64,000 bases of DNA, from the NCBI GenBank assembly GCA_036802945.1, contig DAIRVG010000013.1, positions 634 to 64,633 of the forward strand, given 5' to 3'. Origin of the DNA: Vicinamibacterales bacterium. Lineage in GTDB: Bacteria; Acidobacteriota; Vicinamibacteria; Vicinamibacterales; UBA2999. Positions 1-8,814 of the stretch are shown in pieces (position 1 is the first letter of the stretch; each line of letters opens with the position of its first letter). The notes below the pieces were generated by a model. That model searched no databases and was not told where the DNA came from. It saw only the letters and a program-made list of their open reading frames with translations. Both the position numbers and the translations under genes were made by a program.

Positions 1-1470
1 TTGAGACGACATGACCGGGATGAGCGCGAGGACCGGGCACGTCAGGACACGCAGCACATCCTCTTCGCGTTTGAAGGTCGTATCGCGGGCCTCGAGGAAG
101 CCAATCATGAAAAGGCCGAATACGAGCCCTGCAACAGCACCCGCGGAAATGGTCGCGAGTCGTCGACCTTCGTTGTAAGGTCTTTCCGGAAGCGACGCCG
201 GAGACAGGACCTCAAGTTGCTCGCCCGACTGCGATCGATCGGGATCGGCGGCGACGTGTGAATCCTCACGCTGCGTCAGCAGGCCCGTGTAAGCCTCTTG
301 CAGCGTGCTGTAGTCGCGCGTGAGCTCCAGAAGCTCCGATTCCCGCGTCGGAATCAGATTGAGCTGAGCCTGATAGCCTGCTATCGCGCGCTTCAGGCGA
401 GCGACTTCAGCGCTATTGGCGCTGAGTTGATGATCGATCTCCTCCACTTTCCCCAGAAGATCGTTCAGTCTCTTCTCCTGCTCCTCCTCCGTGAGCGCCG
501 ACGGCCGTTCGAATCCCGAAACAGCACTCGCGATGCCCGCTTCCTGTTGGAGTCGTGTCTGTAGATCAGCGACCGTGCGCTGCACACTGAGAACCTGTGG
601 ATGGCTCGGCGGGAAACGCAGTGTGGCGACCTTGAGGCGCGCTCTCGCAATCGCGAGTTGCTGTGTGATCGTCAAGGGTTGAGCAGGCTCCGGCGCGCTA
701 ACGAGGCCCGCCGATTGTCTCGATGACGTAGAGTGCGCCTGCGCATCGGCCAGAAGCTCACGTTCAATCGATGACCGCTGCTCTCGAGCGCGGTTCATTG
801 CGTCGTTGATCGACAGCAACCGCATTTGTGCGTTTTGAATGGCCTGGAGGTTCTGCTGGAGCTGCGAGGGAACCTGCCCTACGAAGCGCTGCAGATACTC
901 ATCGAGCTTTTTCTGGTGCTCAACAAGTTGCTGCCTTGCGTCCTGGAGTTGTGTCTCAAAAAACCCGTTGGTGCTGTCGGCCTGGCTTACATCGCGCAAA
1001 TTCTGCTCGATGTGCAGGGATGCCAGACGCTCCGTGACTTTGCGGGCGGTTTCCCGGTTATCGCTGACGAAGCTGATGCGAAATGAGTTCGGATTGCTGG
1101 TGTCGAGTCTTACCGTGATGTCGGAGCGCACGCGTTGGACGACATCTTCCATGAGCTCGCGCGTTCGCTCGTCTGAATAGAGATTCAGGTCCACGATAAT
1201 TTTCGCCAGTCGAGAACGACTGAGAATCTGATCGCTGATCGACGGAAGCCGATCGCTCATCGTCTGGGCGATCGTCGACTTCACATCGTCGTCGGGAACT
1301 CTCTGAGGTAACAGGCGAATCAGCGTTTCGGATCGGTAGCGCTCCGGCACCGCGCGCGCGATTGCGGGCGCCATCGCAAGACCTACCGCCAATGGCACGA
1401 GAATCAGCCACCGTCGGCGCACGGCAATGCGAATGATTTCCCCGGGCGAATGCTTTCTTCGTCTCAACAC
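1..1470 (-). CDS. Polysaccharide chain-length determinant (Wzz/GumC-like, PEP-CTERM-locus EpsF type), C-terminus cut by the window edge; paralog of 8815..10395
   Basis: Not in the ORF track because there is no stop inside the window. Hand reverse-translation from GTG at 1470 gives MLRRRKHSPGEIIRIAVRRRWLILVPLAVG. Positions 1380..1261 give LAMAPAIARAVPERYRSETLIRLLPQRVPDDDVKSTIAQT, and 60..1 give DVLRVLTCPVLALIPVMSSQ. All are collinear with the 526-aa ORF 8815..10395. No in-frame fragments are listed, which fits a frame open to the edge. Confidence 0.8.
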   Translation of the reverse strand, partial: MLRRRKHSPGEIIRIAVRRRWLILVPLAVGLAMAPAIARAVPERYRSETLIRLLPQRVPDDDVKSTIAQTMSDRLPSISDQILSRSRLAKIIVDLNLYSDERTRELMEDVVQRVRSDITVRLDTSNPNSFRISFVSDNRETARKVTERLASLHIEQNLRDVSQADSTNGFFETQLQDARQQLVEHQKKLDEYLQRFVGQVPSQLQQNLQAIQNAQMRLLSINDAMNRAREQRSSIERELLADAQAHSTSSRQSAGLVSAPEPAQPLTITQQLAIARARLKVATLRFPPSHPQVLSVQRTVADLQTRLQQEAGIASAVSGFERPSALTEEEQEKRLNDLLGKVEEIDHQLSANSAEVARLKRAIAGYQAQLNLIPTRESELLELTRDYSTLQEAYTGLLTQREDSHVAADPDRSQSGEQLEVLSPASLPERPYNEGRRLATISAGAVAGLVFGLFMIGFLEARDTTFKREEDVLRVLTCPVLALIPVMSSQ

Positions 1471-1760
1471 GCCGGCACCATCCTATTGCCTTCCCGTTAC
1501 CTTTTTAGAATTCTGAGGGGGATCCCCCGGCGGGGGCTGTATGCTCTCCCAAAATCGTACCAAACGGGTGCTCGATCTCGACGAGCCGAACTCATCGCGC
1601 GTTCGAAAGACGCAGGCGTGCCGCTCCGAGCTGACGCCCGGAGCCGCCGTTAAGGACAACAAAAGTCTCGGCTAGCAGCGACTTCGAAGCGCGACGCTGC
1701 GATTGAAGAGCATTCAGATGCGGGGCGATTGGCAAGCCGAATGTAGGCGCGGGCCGGCGG

Positions 1761-2552
1761 ATGCTGAAGGTCGAGCTGCACGCCCATACCGCCGACGACC
1801 CGGTCGATCGCATCCCGCATACATCCCGAGAGTTGATTGATCGCGCCGCCGCGCTCGGCTACGCGGCACTGGCCATTACGCTCCACGACCGCCAGCTGGA
1901 AATCGGCGACCTGGCACCCTACGCCGCCGGACGAGGCATCGTGCTGATTCGTGGAATCGAGCAAACCATCGAGGGTAAGCACGTACTTCTCTTGAATTTC
2001 AGCAGTGCCACCGGGCAGGTGCGCAGCTTCGAGGACGTTGCCCGTCTCAAGCAGCGCGAGCCGTCAGGGCTCGTGATCGCGCCGCACCCATTTTTTCCGA
2101 TCCCTAACGCTCTCGGACCGTTGCTCACCAGACACGCCGATCTCTTCGACGCGGTTGAGTGGCACGGGATGTTCACGACGATGGTGAACTTCAACCCGCC
2201 GGCGAAGCGTTGGGCAACGCGTTACGGAAAACCGCTTGTCGGAAGTGGGGCTGTGCACCGCTTGCACCAGCTCGGGTCCTGCTATTCGCTCGTTGATGCC
2301 GGGCCGGACCCCGACGCCATATGTGACGCGGTGCGTGAAGGCCGTGTACAGGTCGCAGTAAAGCCGATTTCCTTCCAGAGCGCCGTGCGGACTGCAGTCG
2401 ACATGCTTGCGAGCGATGCGCGGGCCAGGTTCGAATCGAAGTTCGACGTCCGGTCCAGAATGTCCAATCAGGTTCTTCCGCGGGCTCACGAGGTGAAGAC
2501 GACTCTACCTGCCAGACCCGGGCGCCATTTCAAGAATCCCTTGGCGCCGTAG
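1761..2552 (+). CDS. PHP-domain metal-dependent phosphoesterase (TrpH/YciV-like)
   Basis: 263-aa ORF. The N-terminal VELHAHTADD and LAITLHD motifs are typical of the PHP (polymerase/histidinol phosphatase) fold. Confidence 0.8.
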   Translation: MLKVELHAHTADDPVDRIPHTSRELIDRAAALGYAALAITLHDRQLEIGDLAPYAAGRGIVLIRGIEQTIEGKHVLLLNFSSATGQVRSFEDVARLKQREPSGLVIAPHPFFPIPNALGPLLTRHADLFDAVEWHGMFTTMVNFNPPAKRWATRYGKPLVGSGAVHRLHQLGSCYSLVDAGPDPDAICDAVREGRVQVAVKPISFQSAVRTAVDMLASDARARFESKFDVRSRMSNQVLPRAHEVKTTLPARPGRHFKNPLAP

Positions 2553-2566
2553 CGCCCCGAACTCCC

Positions 2567-4375
2567 CTACTTCTGAAACGCGGCTGGTGGGGTCGACCCG
2601 CTGCCGAACTCGTTGACCGCCCTCACCACAGCGACATACGACCCCGGCGGCAGCGGCGCCAATAGCGAGCTGATGTCCACCTTGCATTCCCCTGACACCA
2701 CCGCCGGCTTGCCGAGACTGTGGGTGGCCAGGAGCTGGGGCACCGTACCAGCCGAATAGATCTCGAGCACGTAGGTCTGCACAGTTGCATGGTCTGGAGA
2801 TGGCTCGAACACCGCGTATCGCGCCGTCGCGGGCGGGGGCGACACCACGGTGATAGTGCGCTGTGGAGATGTCGCACTCGCACCGTCATCGTCATACGCA
2901 ATGGCCTTGACCGTGTGTGTCCCTATGGCAGCACTCTGCCACGTGAAGGTGTAAGGCGACATGGTATCGGAGCCGACTTTCACGCCGTCTACATACAGAT
3001 CGACGTACTTGATCGTTCCATCCATGTCTGACGCAGTGGCGGCGATGTTAACCGGGGTCGACGGGTTCACAGTCACGCCGTCTGCCGGGGACGTTAGCGA
3101 GACGACGGGCGGCGTATTCGGCGCGGGCCCAACCGGTCGAACCACGACGTTGTCGAACATCGCTGTCGCGGCAAGGGCGGCGACACGACTGCTGACGGCG
3201 AGGCCCACGTAGAACGGTGAAGGTAGATCGAGCGTTTGGCTGCCGACCATACTCCACGTCACTCCATCTGCAGACTTGAAAGCGGCGACCACCGACCCGC
3301 GGCGCTCCAGCTTCACCCAGGCCGAGGGTGGTGGTGTGCCGGTCCCTACGGACGTGTGGAAGGTCTCGTAACCGCCGGCGGGGCGGCGTTGGAACACAAG
3401 CCCGTTCCCTGCTGATGTCAGCATGAGCGCGTTAGCCGCGTCTGGGCTCAACGATGTGCGGATCATCACGCCGGCCTTCGACCACGCGTCGACATATTGG
3501 AGGCTGGCCACGTGCGCGCTCACGTCCACATCGCCGCTGACCCGCGTATATGCGTAGCGGAACTGATCGGAGACTCCATAGATGTCAGCGCCCGCTCCAG
3601 CTACGGCAAGAGAGGAACCCACGACAACCGAGAAACCGGAAACCGGTGGCGCGCCAATGACCGAGGAGGCCCAGCCCGCTGGGAGTGGCGCCTCGACCAC
3701 CGCAACGTCAGTGACGGCGGTCGTTGCCGTCAGAGCCTGATCGTGGCTCGCCACAGCAAAGCCGACATAGGCCGTCAGCGGGAGCGACATCGACTGGCTT
3801 CCGATCTTCGTCCACGTTGCACCGTCGAGAGATTGATACGCGGTCAGCGTAGACGCGAGGCGATCGAGCCGAAGCCAGACCGGAGCGGCACTGTAGATAC
3901 CGGCGGTGCTGACAGTAGTGCCACCCAGCGTCGTGCGGCGCTGGAACGCGATGCCCGTCTGCGGAGACACAAGGGCGAACGCATGGGCGGAGTCGGCGCT
4001 CAGTGACGAGCGGATCATCACGCCCGCCTTCATCAATGGAGTGTTCCCCGAGGGTGCCACCCGACCGATGATCGTGCCGTCACCCGTGAGCTGCCTATAG
4101 ACGAACGTGAACTGGTCGCGCGTTCCCCAGACGTCCGCGCCGACGCCGGTGATCGAGAATCCCAGACAGGCTGTGGACGAGCACGACAACGTGCTTGCGG
4201 AGCCGGAGGCCGCCGGGGAGCCAATATCAGACACCTGCCAGCCAATGGGCAGCGTGCCGGCAGATGCGAATGCGGTCGATGCGATGTTGAAGAGTATGAG
4301 AGCGCAGAGACAACGCGCGGCGCGCGCAGCCTGCACACCGCTCCTGCCAGACGAATGGCACAGACCCATGGACAC
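2567..4375 (-). CDS. Secreted glycan-binding protein with two tandem ConA-like/DUF1349-like lectin domains plus an Ig-like domain
   Basis: Signal-peptide-like N-terminus (CLCALILFNIASTAFASA). Clear internal duplication: GADVWGTRDQFTFVYRQLTGDG..KAGVMIRSSL..FQRR..WLRLDR..SLDGATW versus GADIYGVSDQFRYAYTRVSGD..KAGVMIRTSL..FQRR..WVKLERR..SADGVTW. This is followed by a PPVVSLTSPADG..YVDGVKVGSD..YTFTW Ig-like module. The ATG at 4369 (third codon) has better AAGG spacing than the GTG at 4375. Confidence 0.85.
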   Translation of the reverse strand: MSMGLCHSSGRSGVQAARAARCLCALILFNIASTAFASAGTLPIGWQVSDIGSPAASGSASTLSCSSTACLGFSITGVGADVWGTRDQFTFVYRQLTGDGTIIGRVAPSGNTPLMKAGVMIRSSLSADSAHAFALVSPQTGIAFQRRTTLGGTTVSTAGIYSAAPVWLRLDRLASTLTAYQSLDGATWTKIGSQSMSLPLTAYVGFAVASHDQALTATTAVTDVAVVEAPLPAGWASSVIGAPPVSGFSVVVGSSLAVAGAGADIYGVSDQFRYAYTRVSGDVDVSAHVASLQYVDAWSKAGVMIRTSLSPDAANALMLTSAGNGLVFQRRPAGGYETFHTSVGTGTPPPSAWVKLERRGSVVAAFKSADGVTWSMVGSQTLDLPSPFYVGLAVSSRVAALAATAMFDNVVVRPVGPAPNTPPVVSLTSPADGVTVNPSTPVNIAATASDMDGTIKYVDLYVDGVKVGSDTMSPYTFTWQSAAIGTHTVKAIAYDDDGASATSPQRTITVVSPPPATARYAVFEPSPDHATVQTYVLEIYSAGTVPQLLATHSLGKPAVVSGECKVDISSLLAPLPPGSYVAVVRAVNEFGSGSTPPAAFQK

Positions 4376-4435
4376 CCTTGGTTGTTATGAGAGACGAGGC
4401 ACGCTGCGGGACAGAGCGGCGTGCGAGCTAACACA

Positions 4436-4451
4436 GGCAACGGCGGTACCA
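4436..4451 (-). promoter_or_regulatory. Candidate sigma-54 promoter of the secreted lectin-like gene 2567..4375
   Basis: The minus strand reads TGGTACCGCCGTTGCC, with GG-N10-GC spacing and a -12 TTGC. The GC lies 62-68 nt upstream of the start (4375 or 4369). Confidence 0.45.
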
Positions 4452-4744
4452 GCGTCGCCGCTCGCAGCGAAGGCTCAGCGCGCGTATGAGTTAGCCCATA
4501 AGTTAGAGGACGAGCTCGTGCGCGCAACGACGCGAGCACGACGAGGTGATGACGCATTTGTTCCGAGGAATACGATTCTGTTAGGTGCTTTGAATCACTG
4601 GCCGAGTGACGTGCGGTCACCGACACTCTTTCATAACGTCCAACCACGATGAGCGACGAGCTCGATTTCAGGGTTCAGGGTTGGGTACTTCCTCAGCCGT
4701 ATCCGGGCCTTATGAAAAGTGTCGTGGCTCGTGCGGTGATATCT

Positions 4745-4760
4745 GGGCGCGTATGTTGCT
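4745..4760 (+). promoter_or_regulatory. Sigma-54-like element upstream of the beta-helix gene 4773..6779 (position problematic)
   Basis: GGGCGCGTATGTTGCT matches the consensus TGGCACG-N4-TTGCW at 10 of 12 specified positions (GG-N10-GC spacing). However, the GC is only 14 nt from the ATG at 4773. It would imply a leaderless mRNA or a mis-called start. Confidence 0.3.
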
Positions 4761-4772
4761 TCCGAAAGGGCT

Positions 4773-6779
4773 ATGCGACATTCAGTACCGCGGATCTCAG
4801 CTGCGTTAGCCATCTGTTCGTTGTTTTTTATCGCACCTCGCTCGGCAGCAGCCCAAGTCACAACGATCTATGTTGATCCTGGCATCGGCGCAACGTCGTG
4901 TAATGCTTACGATCCCACTCGCCGTATCTGTGCGGGTGGCGCCTCTACGGCGTTTCTGACGATCGCGGGAGCTGCTTCGGTGGCCAAGCCGGGATGGACA
5001 GTTCTGATCCGTGCAGGCACGTATCGCGAAAGACTCAGTCCCGTCGTCTCTGGAACCCAGAGTCAACCCCTCATTTTTCGCCGCTATAGCAACGAGATCG
5101 CGACGATCACGGGCATCAGCCCTGGCATTCTGCTGGTGAAGAAGGAATACATCGAAATAGACGGTATCACCGTGACTGACGTCTCTGGTTGGGCGCGGCT
5201 CGAGGATTCGCGCAACATCACTATTCGCAATTCTGTTTTTCGCCGTGCGACAGCAACCGGTACGACCGGGGGGGTAAAGCTGGTCCGCAGCTCGGATAAC
5301 CGTCTCGTCAGCAATACCTTCGATGACGGTAACGACAACATGATCCTGGTGGACAGTGCAGATCGGAACCTGATTCAGGGCAACACATTCCAAGAGGGTC
5401 GCCACAGCCTTCTGAGCGTTCGATGCTCGAATTTCAATGTCTTTCGCAGCAACAGTTTTTCGAACACTAAGCAGAAGGCGATTGAGATTTACGATTGCGA
5501 GGGCACCAGTACCGACACGCCATATCGACTCGACGCGACCAAGCACAACCTCTTCGAGCTAAACAGCGTCACAAAGACTCTCGCCTCGGACCTCGATCAT
5601 CGATACAACGGCATTCAGCACGGCGGCCAGCAGACCATCGTGCGACGCAATATCTTTCGCAACAATGACGGCGGCGCCGTTAGCTATCAGGGTTACGCGG
5701 ACGAAAGTTTGTACGTCTATGGAAACCGGATGTATAGCAACACCTTTTTCGCGAACCGTTGTCATGGGATCATCGGCAGCTCGGGAACCGCGAACTTTCG
5801 AGACCAGATCGTGAAGAACAACCTGCTGTACAAGAATGTCACCTGCAGCGGTGGCCCAGAGCAGACCAGGATTGTAGATCCCAACGCAGTCGTTCTTATT
5901 AACAATGCCATTGAAACGATTGCACCTGGCTTTGCGAACGAAGCTGGCAACGATTTTCATCTCGCGGCGGGTAGCCGGATGATTGACGCGGGTGTCGCTC
6001 TCACAAACTCTGCTGCCGCCGGGAGCGGTACCAGCCTGCGCGTACAAGATGCTTCCAATTTCTACGATGGATATGGGATTCCTGGTGAGGTGGGTGACAC
6101 GATTCAGTTTGTGGGTGGCCCCGCTGTCGCAGTGGTCATTAGCATTGATTACGCGACGAATACCCTGACGCTTGATCGATCACTTGCGTGGTCAGCGGGC
6201 GCGGGCGTTTCGCTCAAATACTCGGGTGCCAGGCCCGATGTGGGAGCGTTTGAATTCGCGACGCCCACCCCCAGCGGCGGAGGGACGGCGACGTTCGTGC
6301 GCACCGACAGCACCACACAAGGCAGCTGGCGCGGAAAGTATGGCACCCAGGGCTTGGCGCTTGCGGCCGATGCGATCAGTTTGCCGGCCTACGCGCAACT
6401 CGCGCTTGATGGCCAATCAACGTGGACGTGGAACGCATCGACGACCGACGTGCGTGCGCTACAGCGCCCTGCCGGGAGCGATCGGTTTGCGGCTACTTGG
6501 TATCGCAGGGGCATTTTTAACTTTGATTTGAATCTCAGCGATGCGAGCCCGCATCAGGTTGCGTTGTATGGGGTGGACTGGGACGCGCTTGGCCGTACTG
6601 AACGTATCGAGGTCCTCGACGGCGCCGGTGGAACTGTGCTTGATACGCGCACGCTCGCGAACTTCGCCAATGGGCAGTACCTTGTCTGGACGATTACCGG
6701 GCACGTCATCTTCCGTGTAACGTTTATCGCGGGGGGCAATGCCGTCATCAGCGGGTTTTTCATCGACCCCAGCCAATAG
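4773..6779 (+). CDS. Secreted right-handed parallel beta-helix protein (pectate-lyase-fold; candidate polysaccharide lyase/hydrolase)
   Basis: Signal peptide (AALAICSLFFIAPRSAAAQ). Repeated beta-helix turns are present (NITIRNSVFRR, NRLVSNTFDDGNDN, NLIQGNTFQEG, IVRRNIFRNNDG, VKNNLLYKN). The C-terminal ~170 aa form an extra beta-rich module. Confidence 0.85.
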   Translation: MRHSVPRISAALAICSLFFIAPRSAAAQVTTIYVDPGIGATSCNAYDPTRRICAGGASTAFLTIAGAASVAKPGWTVLIRAGTYRERLSPVVSGTQSQPLIFRRYSNEIATITGISPGILLVKKEYIEIDGITVTDVSGWARLEDSRNITIRNSVFRRATATGTTGGVKLVRSSDNRLVSNTFDDGNDNMILVDSADRNLIQGNTFQEGRHSLLSVRCSNFNVFRSNSFSNTKQKAIEIYDCEGTSTDTPYRLDATKHNLFELNSVTKTLASDLDHRYNGIQHGGQQTIVRRNIFRNNDGGAVSYQGYADESLYVYGNRMYSNTFFANRCHGIIGSSGTANFRDQIVKNNLLYKNVTCSGGPEQTRIVDPNAVVLINNAIETIAPGFANEAGNDFHLAAGSRMIDAGVALTNSAAAGSGTSLRVQDASNFYDGYGIPGEVGDTIQFVGGPAVAVVISIDYATNTLTLDRSLAWSAGAGVSLKYSGARPDVGAFEFATPTPSGGGTATFVRTDSTTQGSWRGKYGTQGLALAADAISLPAYAQLALDGQSTWTWNASTTDVRALQRPAGSDRFAATWYRRGIFNFDLNLSDASPHQVALYGVDWDALGRTERIEVLDGAGGTVLDTRTLANFANGQYLVWTITGHVIFRVTFIAGGNAVISGFFIDPSQ

Positions 6780-6821
6780 CCCTATCCAAAATTGAGTGTG
6801 TGATCAACCGCTCATGCTGCT

Positions 6822-7787
6822 TTATTGTTTTCGATAGCGCGGCGAGCCCGGGGTCTGGTTGTAATAGTTGATCGCGGGAATCGTGTCCTTTTCGACTCGG
6901 TTCAGCACCGTGCCAATGATGCACTCGGAGTCGAGCTCCGCGAACGCCCGCTCGACCACGGCAGAAGGCGTGGACCCGGCACCAATGACAAACACGACCG
7001 CTCGTGTCAGTCGCGAAAGAAGCTGGGCGTCGGGCAGGAAACCCACAGGCGCGGTGTCGAGCAACACCCAATCGAACCGCGCGGCACATTCGTCGAGCAG
7101 TGTCCGCATCCGCTCGGAGGTCAATCCGGCGAGTGGATTTTCCCCCGGGCGACCGGACGTCAGCACACTGAGTCGCGGCGAGACCTCAATCAGCGGGGGC
7201 TCTCCCCCTTCGGTAGCTAGCGCCTCGCTGAGCCCTCTCTCATTAGGCACGCCAAGAAACTGGTGCACTGAAGGCCACCGCAGGTCTGCATCGATCACCA
7301 GCACCCGGCGTCCATAGGCCTCGCTCAGCGTGAGCGCCAGGTTGACGACCGTCAGCGTCTTTCCTTCCCCCGGTAGCGCGCTGGTCACCATCAGGGTTTT
7401 GAGACCGCTCTCAATCTGAGCGTCGTGCAGGACCGCTGCGAGCCGTCGATACTGCTCGACGGAAACGTGACTCGGACCGGCCCCAGCGACCAGTTTGCCT
7501 TCGACCTCCACGTCTGCAGACGCAACCATTACCGACACCTTTGTCTGCAATGGCGCGGCGCTGAGCCTATCTTCAGCGGGGCCTACGATGACGCTGGGCG
7601 TCTCTTCATGCTCGGCTACGCGGTCGGACACCTTAAGTCGACTAGAGGAAAGCCGGCTTTCGCTTGGGTAGTGTTCGAGCGCGAAGCGATCTGGGGGACG
7701 CGGGGTGTTCTCGGACCATCTGGTTCCGCGGTCACCGCTGCTTGACTCTCCCGATACGCGTCTCAACGCCTCGTAAATGTGGCTCAT
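6822..7787 (-). CDS. BY-family protein tyrosine kinase, cytoplasmic catalytic subunit (CpsD/EpsG type)
   Basis: Walker A is LPGEGKT, Walker A' is VLVIDADLR and Walker B is WVLLDTAP. The C-terminal Tyr cluster is NYYNQTPGSPRY. The N-terminus MSHIYEALRR is typical of the PEP-CTERM-locus kinase family. Confidence 0.9.
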   Translation of the reverse strand: MSHIYEALRRVSGESSSGDRGTRWSENTPRPPDRFALEHYPSESRLSSSRLKVSDRVAEHEETPSVIVGPAEDRLSAAPLQTKVSVMVASADVEVEGKLVAGAGPSHVSVEQYRRLAAVLHDAQIESGLKTLMVTSALPGEGKTLTVVNLALTLSEAYGRRVLVIDADLRWPSVHQFLGVPNERGLSEALATEGGEPPLIEVSPRLSVLTSGRPGENPLAGLTSERMRTLLDECAARFDWVLLDTAPVGFLPDAQLLSRLTRAVVFVIGAGSTPSAVVERAFAELDSECIIGTVLNRVEKDTIPAINYYNQTPGSPRYRKQ

Positions 7788-7820
7788 TCAGTTTACCGTC
7801 TCGGTCGTCGTGCGCATGGA

Positions 7821-8801
7821 TTAGGGTCGCCCCGAGGCGAACAACCTCAAAAACCGCGATGGGGCCTCCGGATGGGCGCTGGCCTCCGGCGGTGGTGGCG
7901 CAACGGAATCGACGCCACTACCCCCATTCTTGTTCGCCGCGTTCCCGTTCCCGTTAGTCTTCGCCGCGAGCGGGACGCCGACCTTTGCCGGTCGCAAGCG
8001 CAAATCGCTGCACACCTCCCGCACGATGGCCTGGTCCACTGGTTGCCGGCCCAGGGCCAGACCAGTCAGCAGCGCGTTGTCGCAAATGACGTTGATCGTC
8101 CGCAGGATTCCACCAGAGTACTCGTGAATGACCTTGACAGCCTCCAAGGTGAACAGCCACGGCGCCACTCCACCCGCGGTCGTGATACGGCTGGTTATGT
8201 AGGCTGCGGTGTGATTGAGCTCGAAGGGTGCGAGCTCGCACCGCAGCGTCACGCGCTGCTTCAGCTGCCGCAACGCCGGATCCTCCAGGCGATTGCCGAG
8301 TTCCGGCTGCCCCGCAAGCACCAGCGGCAGCAATTTCTCCAAGGTCGATTCGATGTTCGTGAGCAGCCGGATTTCCTCGAGCAGGGCATTACTCAGGCTC
8401 TGTGCTTCGTCCACAATCAGCGCGGTGATTTCTCCACGCGACCGGCGCTCGCGCAGCATGCGCACGAGGGATTCGATGAAGAAGGCCTTGGATTCACCCA
8501 CCGCCGGACCGAGCTCGAAACCAGCGGCGAGCGTCCTGACGAAATCGTCCATGGTGAGCGTCGGGTTATTCATGTAGACGCATCGGACGTTGCGACAGCG
8601 TTCGGATTCCAGCGCCGCGCGCAGGAGGGTTGTCTTTCCTGTGCCGGCTTCACCAAGGAGCAGGGTGAGCGACTTGGCCGAGGACAGGCCGTACTCGAGG
8701 TTGCTGAACGCCTCGAGGTGCCCCGGTGGCAGGAAGAGAAACTCCGAGTTCGGAGTGAGCTCGAACGGCAGCTCGCGAAGGCCGTAAAAGGACTGATACA
8801 T
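7821..8801 (-). CDS. ExeA/GspA-like AAA ATPase (PEP-CTERM locus-associated ATPase family)
   Basis: MYQSFYGLRELPFELTPNSEFLF followed by the P-loop GEAGTGKTT. I start it at the ATG at 8801, 14 nt after the stop of the upstream gene. The ORF-track start at 8870 would overlap that gene. Confidence 0.85.
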   Translation of the reverse strand: MYQSFYGLRELPFELTPNSEFLFLPPGHLEAFSNLEYGLSSAKSLTLLLGEAGTGKTTLLRAALESERCRNVRCVYMNNPTLTMDDFVRTLAAGFELGPAVGESKAFFIESLVRMLRERRSRGEITALIVDEAQSLSNALLEEIRLLTNIESTLEKLLPLVLAGQPELGNRLEDPALRQLKQRVTLRCELAPFELNHTAAYITSRITTAGGVAPWLFTLEAVKVIHEYSGGILRTINVICDNALLTGLALGRQPVDQAIVREVCSDLRLRPAKVGVPLAAKTNGNGNAANKNGGSGVDSVAPPPPEASAHPEAPSRFLRLFASGRP

Positions 8802-8814
8802 TGTTAATGCCCGC

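Noticed and set aside
1476-1492. AGGTAACGGGAAGGCAA (minus strand) upstream of the truncated chain-length gene
   Set aside because: The spacing is correct, but the matches are poor at both elements. The GC is also only about 17 nt from the start codon.
1507-1530. Adjacent AGAATTCT and GGGGGATCCCCC palindromes (EcoRI and BamHI sites, GGATCCCCCGG as in common polylinkers)
   Set aside because: Identity to cloning-vector polylinkers stops after 11 nt, and the flanks are native-looking. This is most likely chance, or a small operator, in GC-rich DNA. There is no evidence of vector contamination.
7779-8807. 342-aa plus-strand ORF
   Set aside because: It is entirely antisense to the well-supported ExeA-like ATPase gene. 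The Arg/Pro/Gly-rich composition is typical of off-frame reading in GC-rich DNA.
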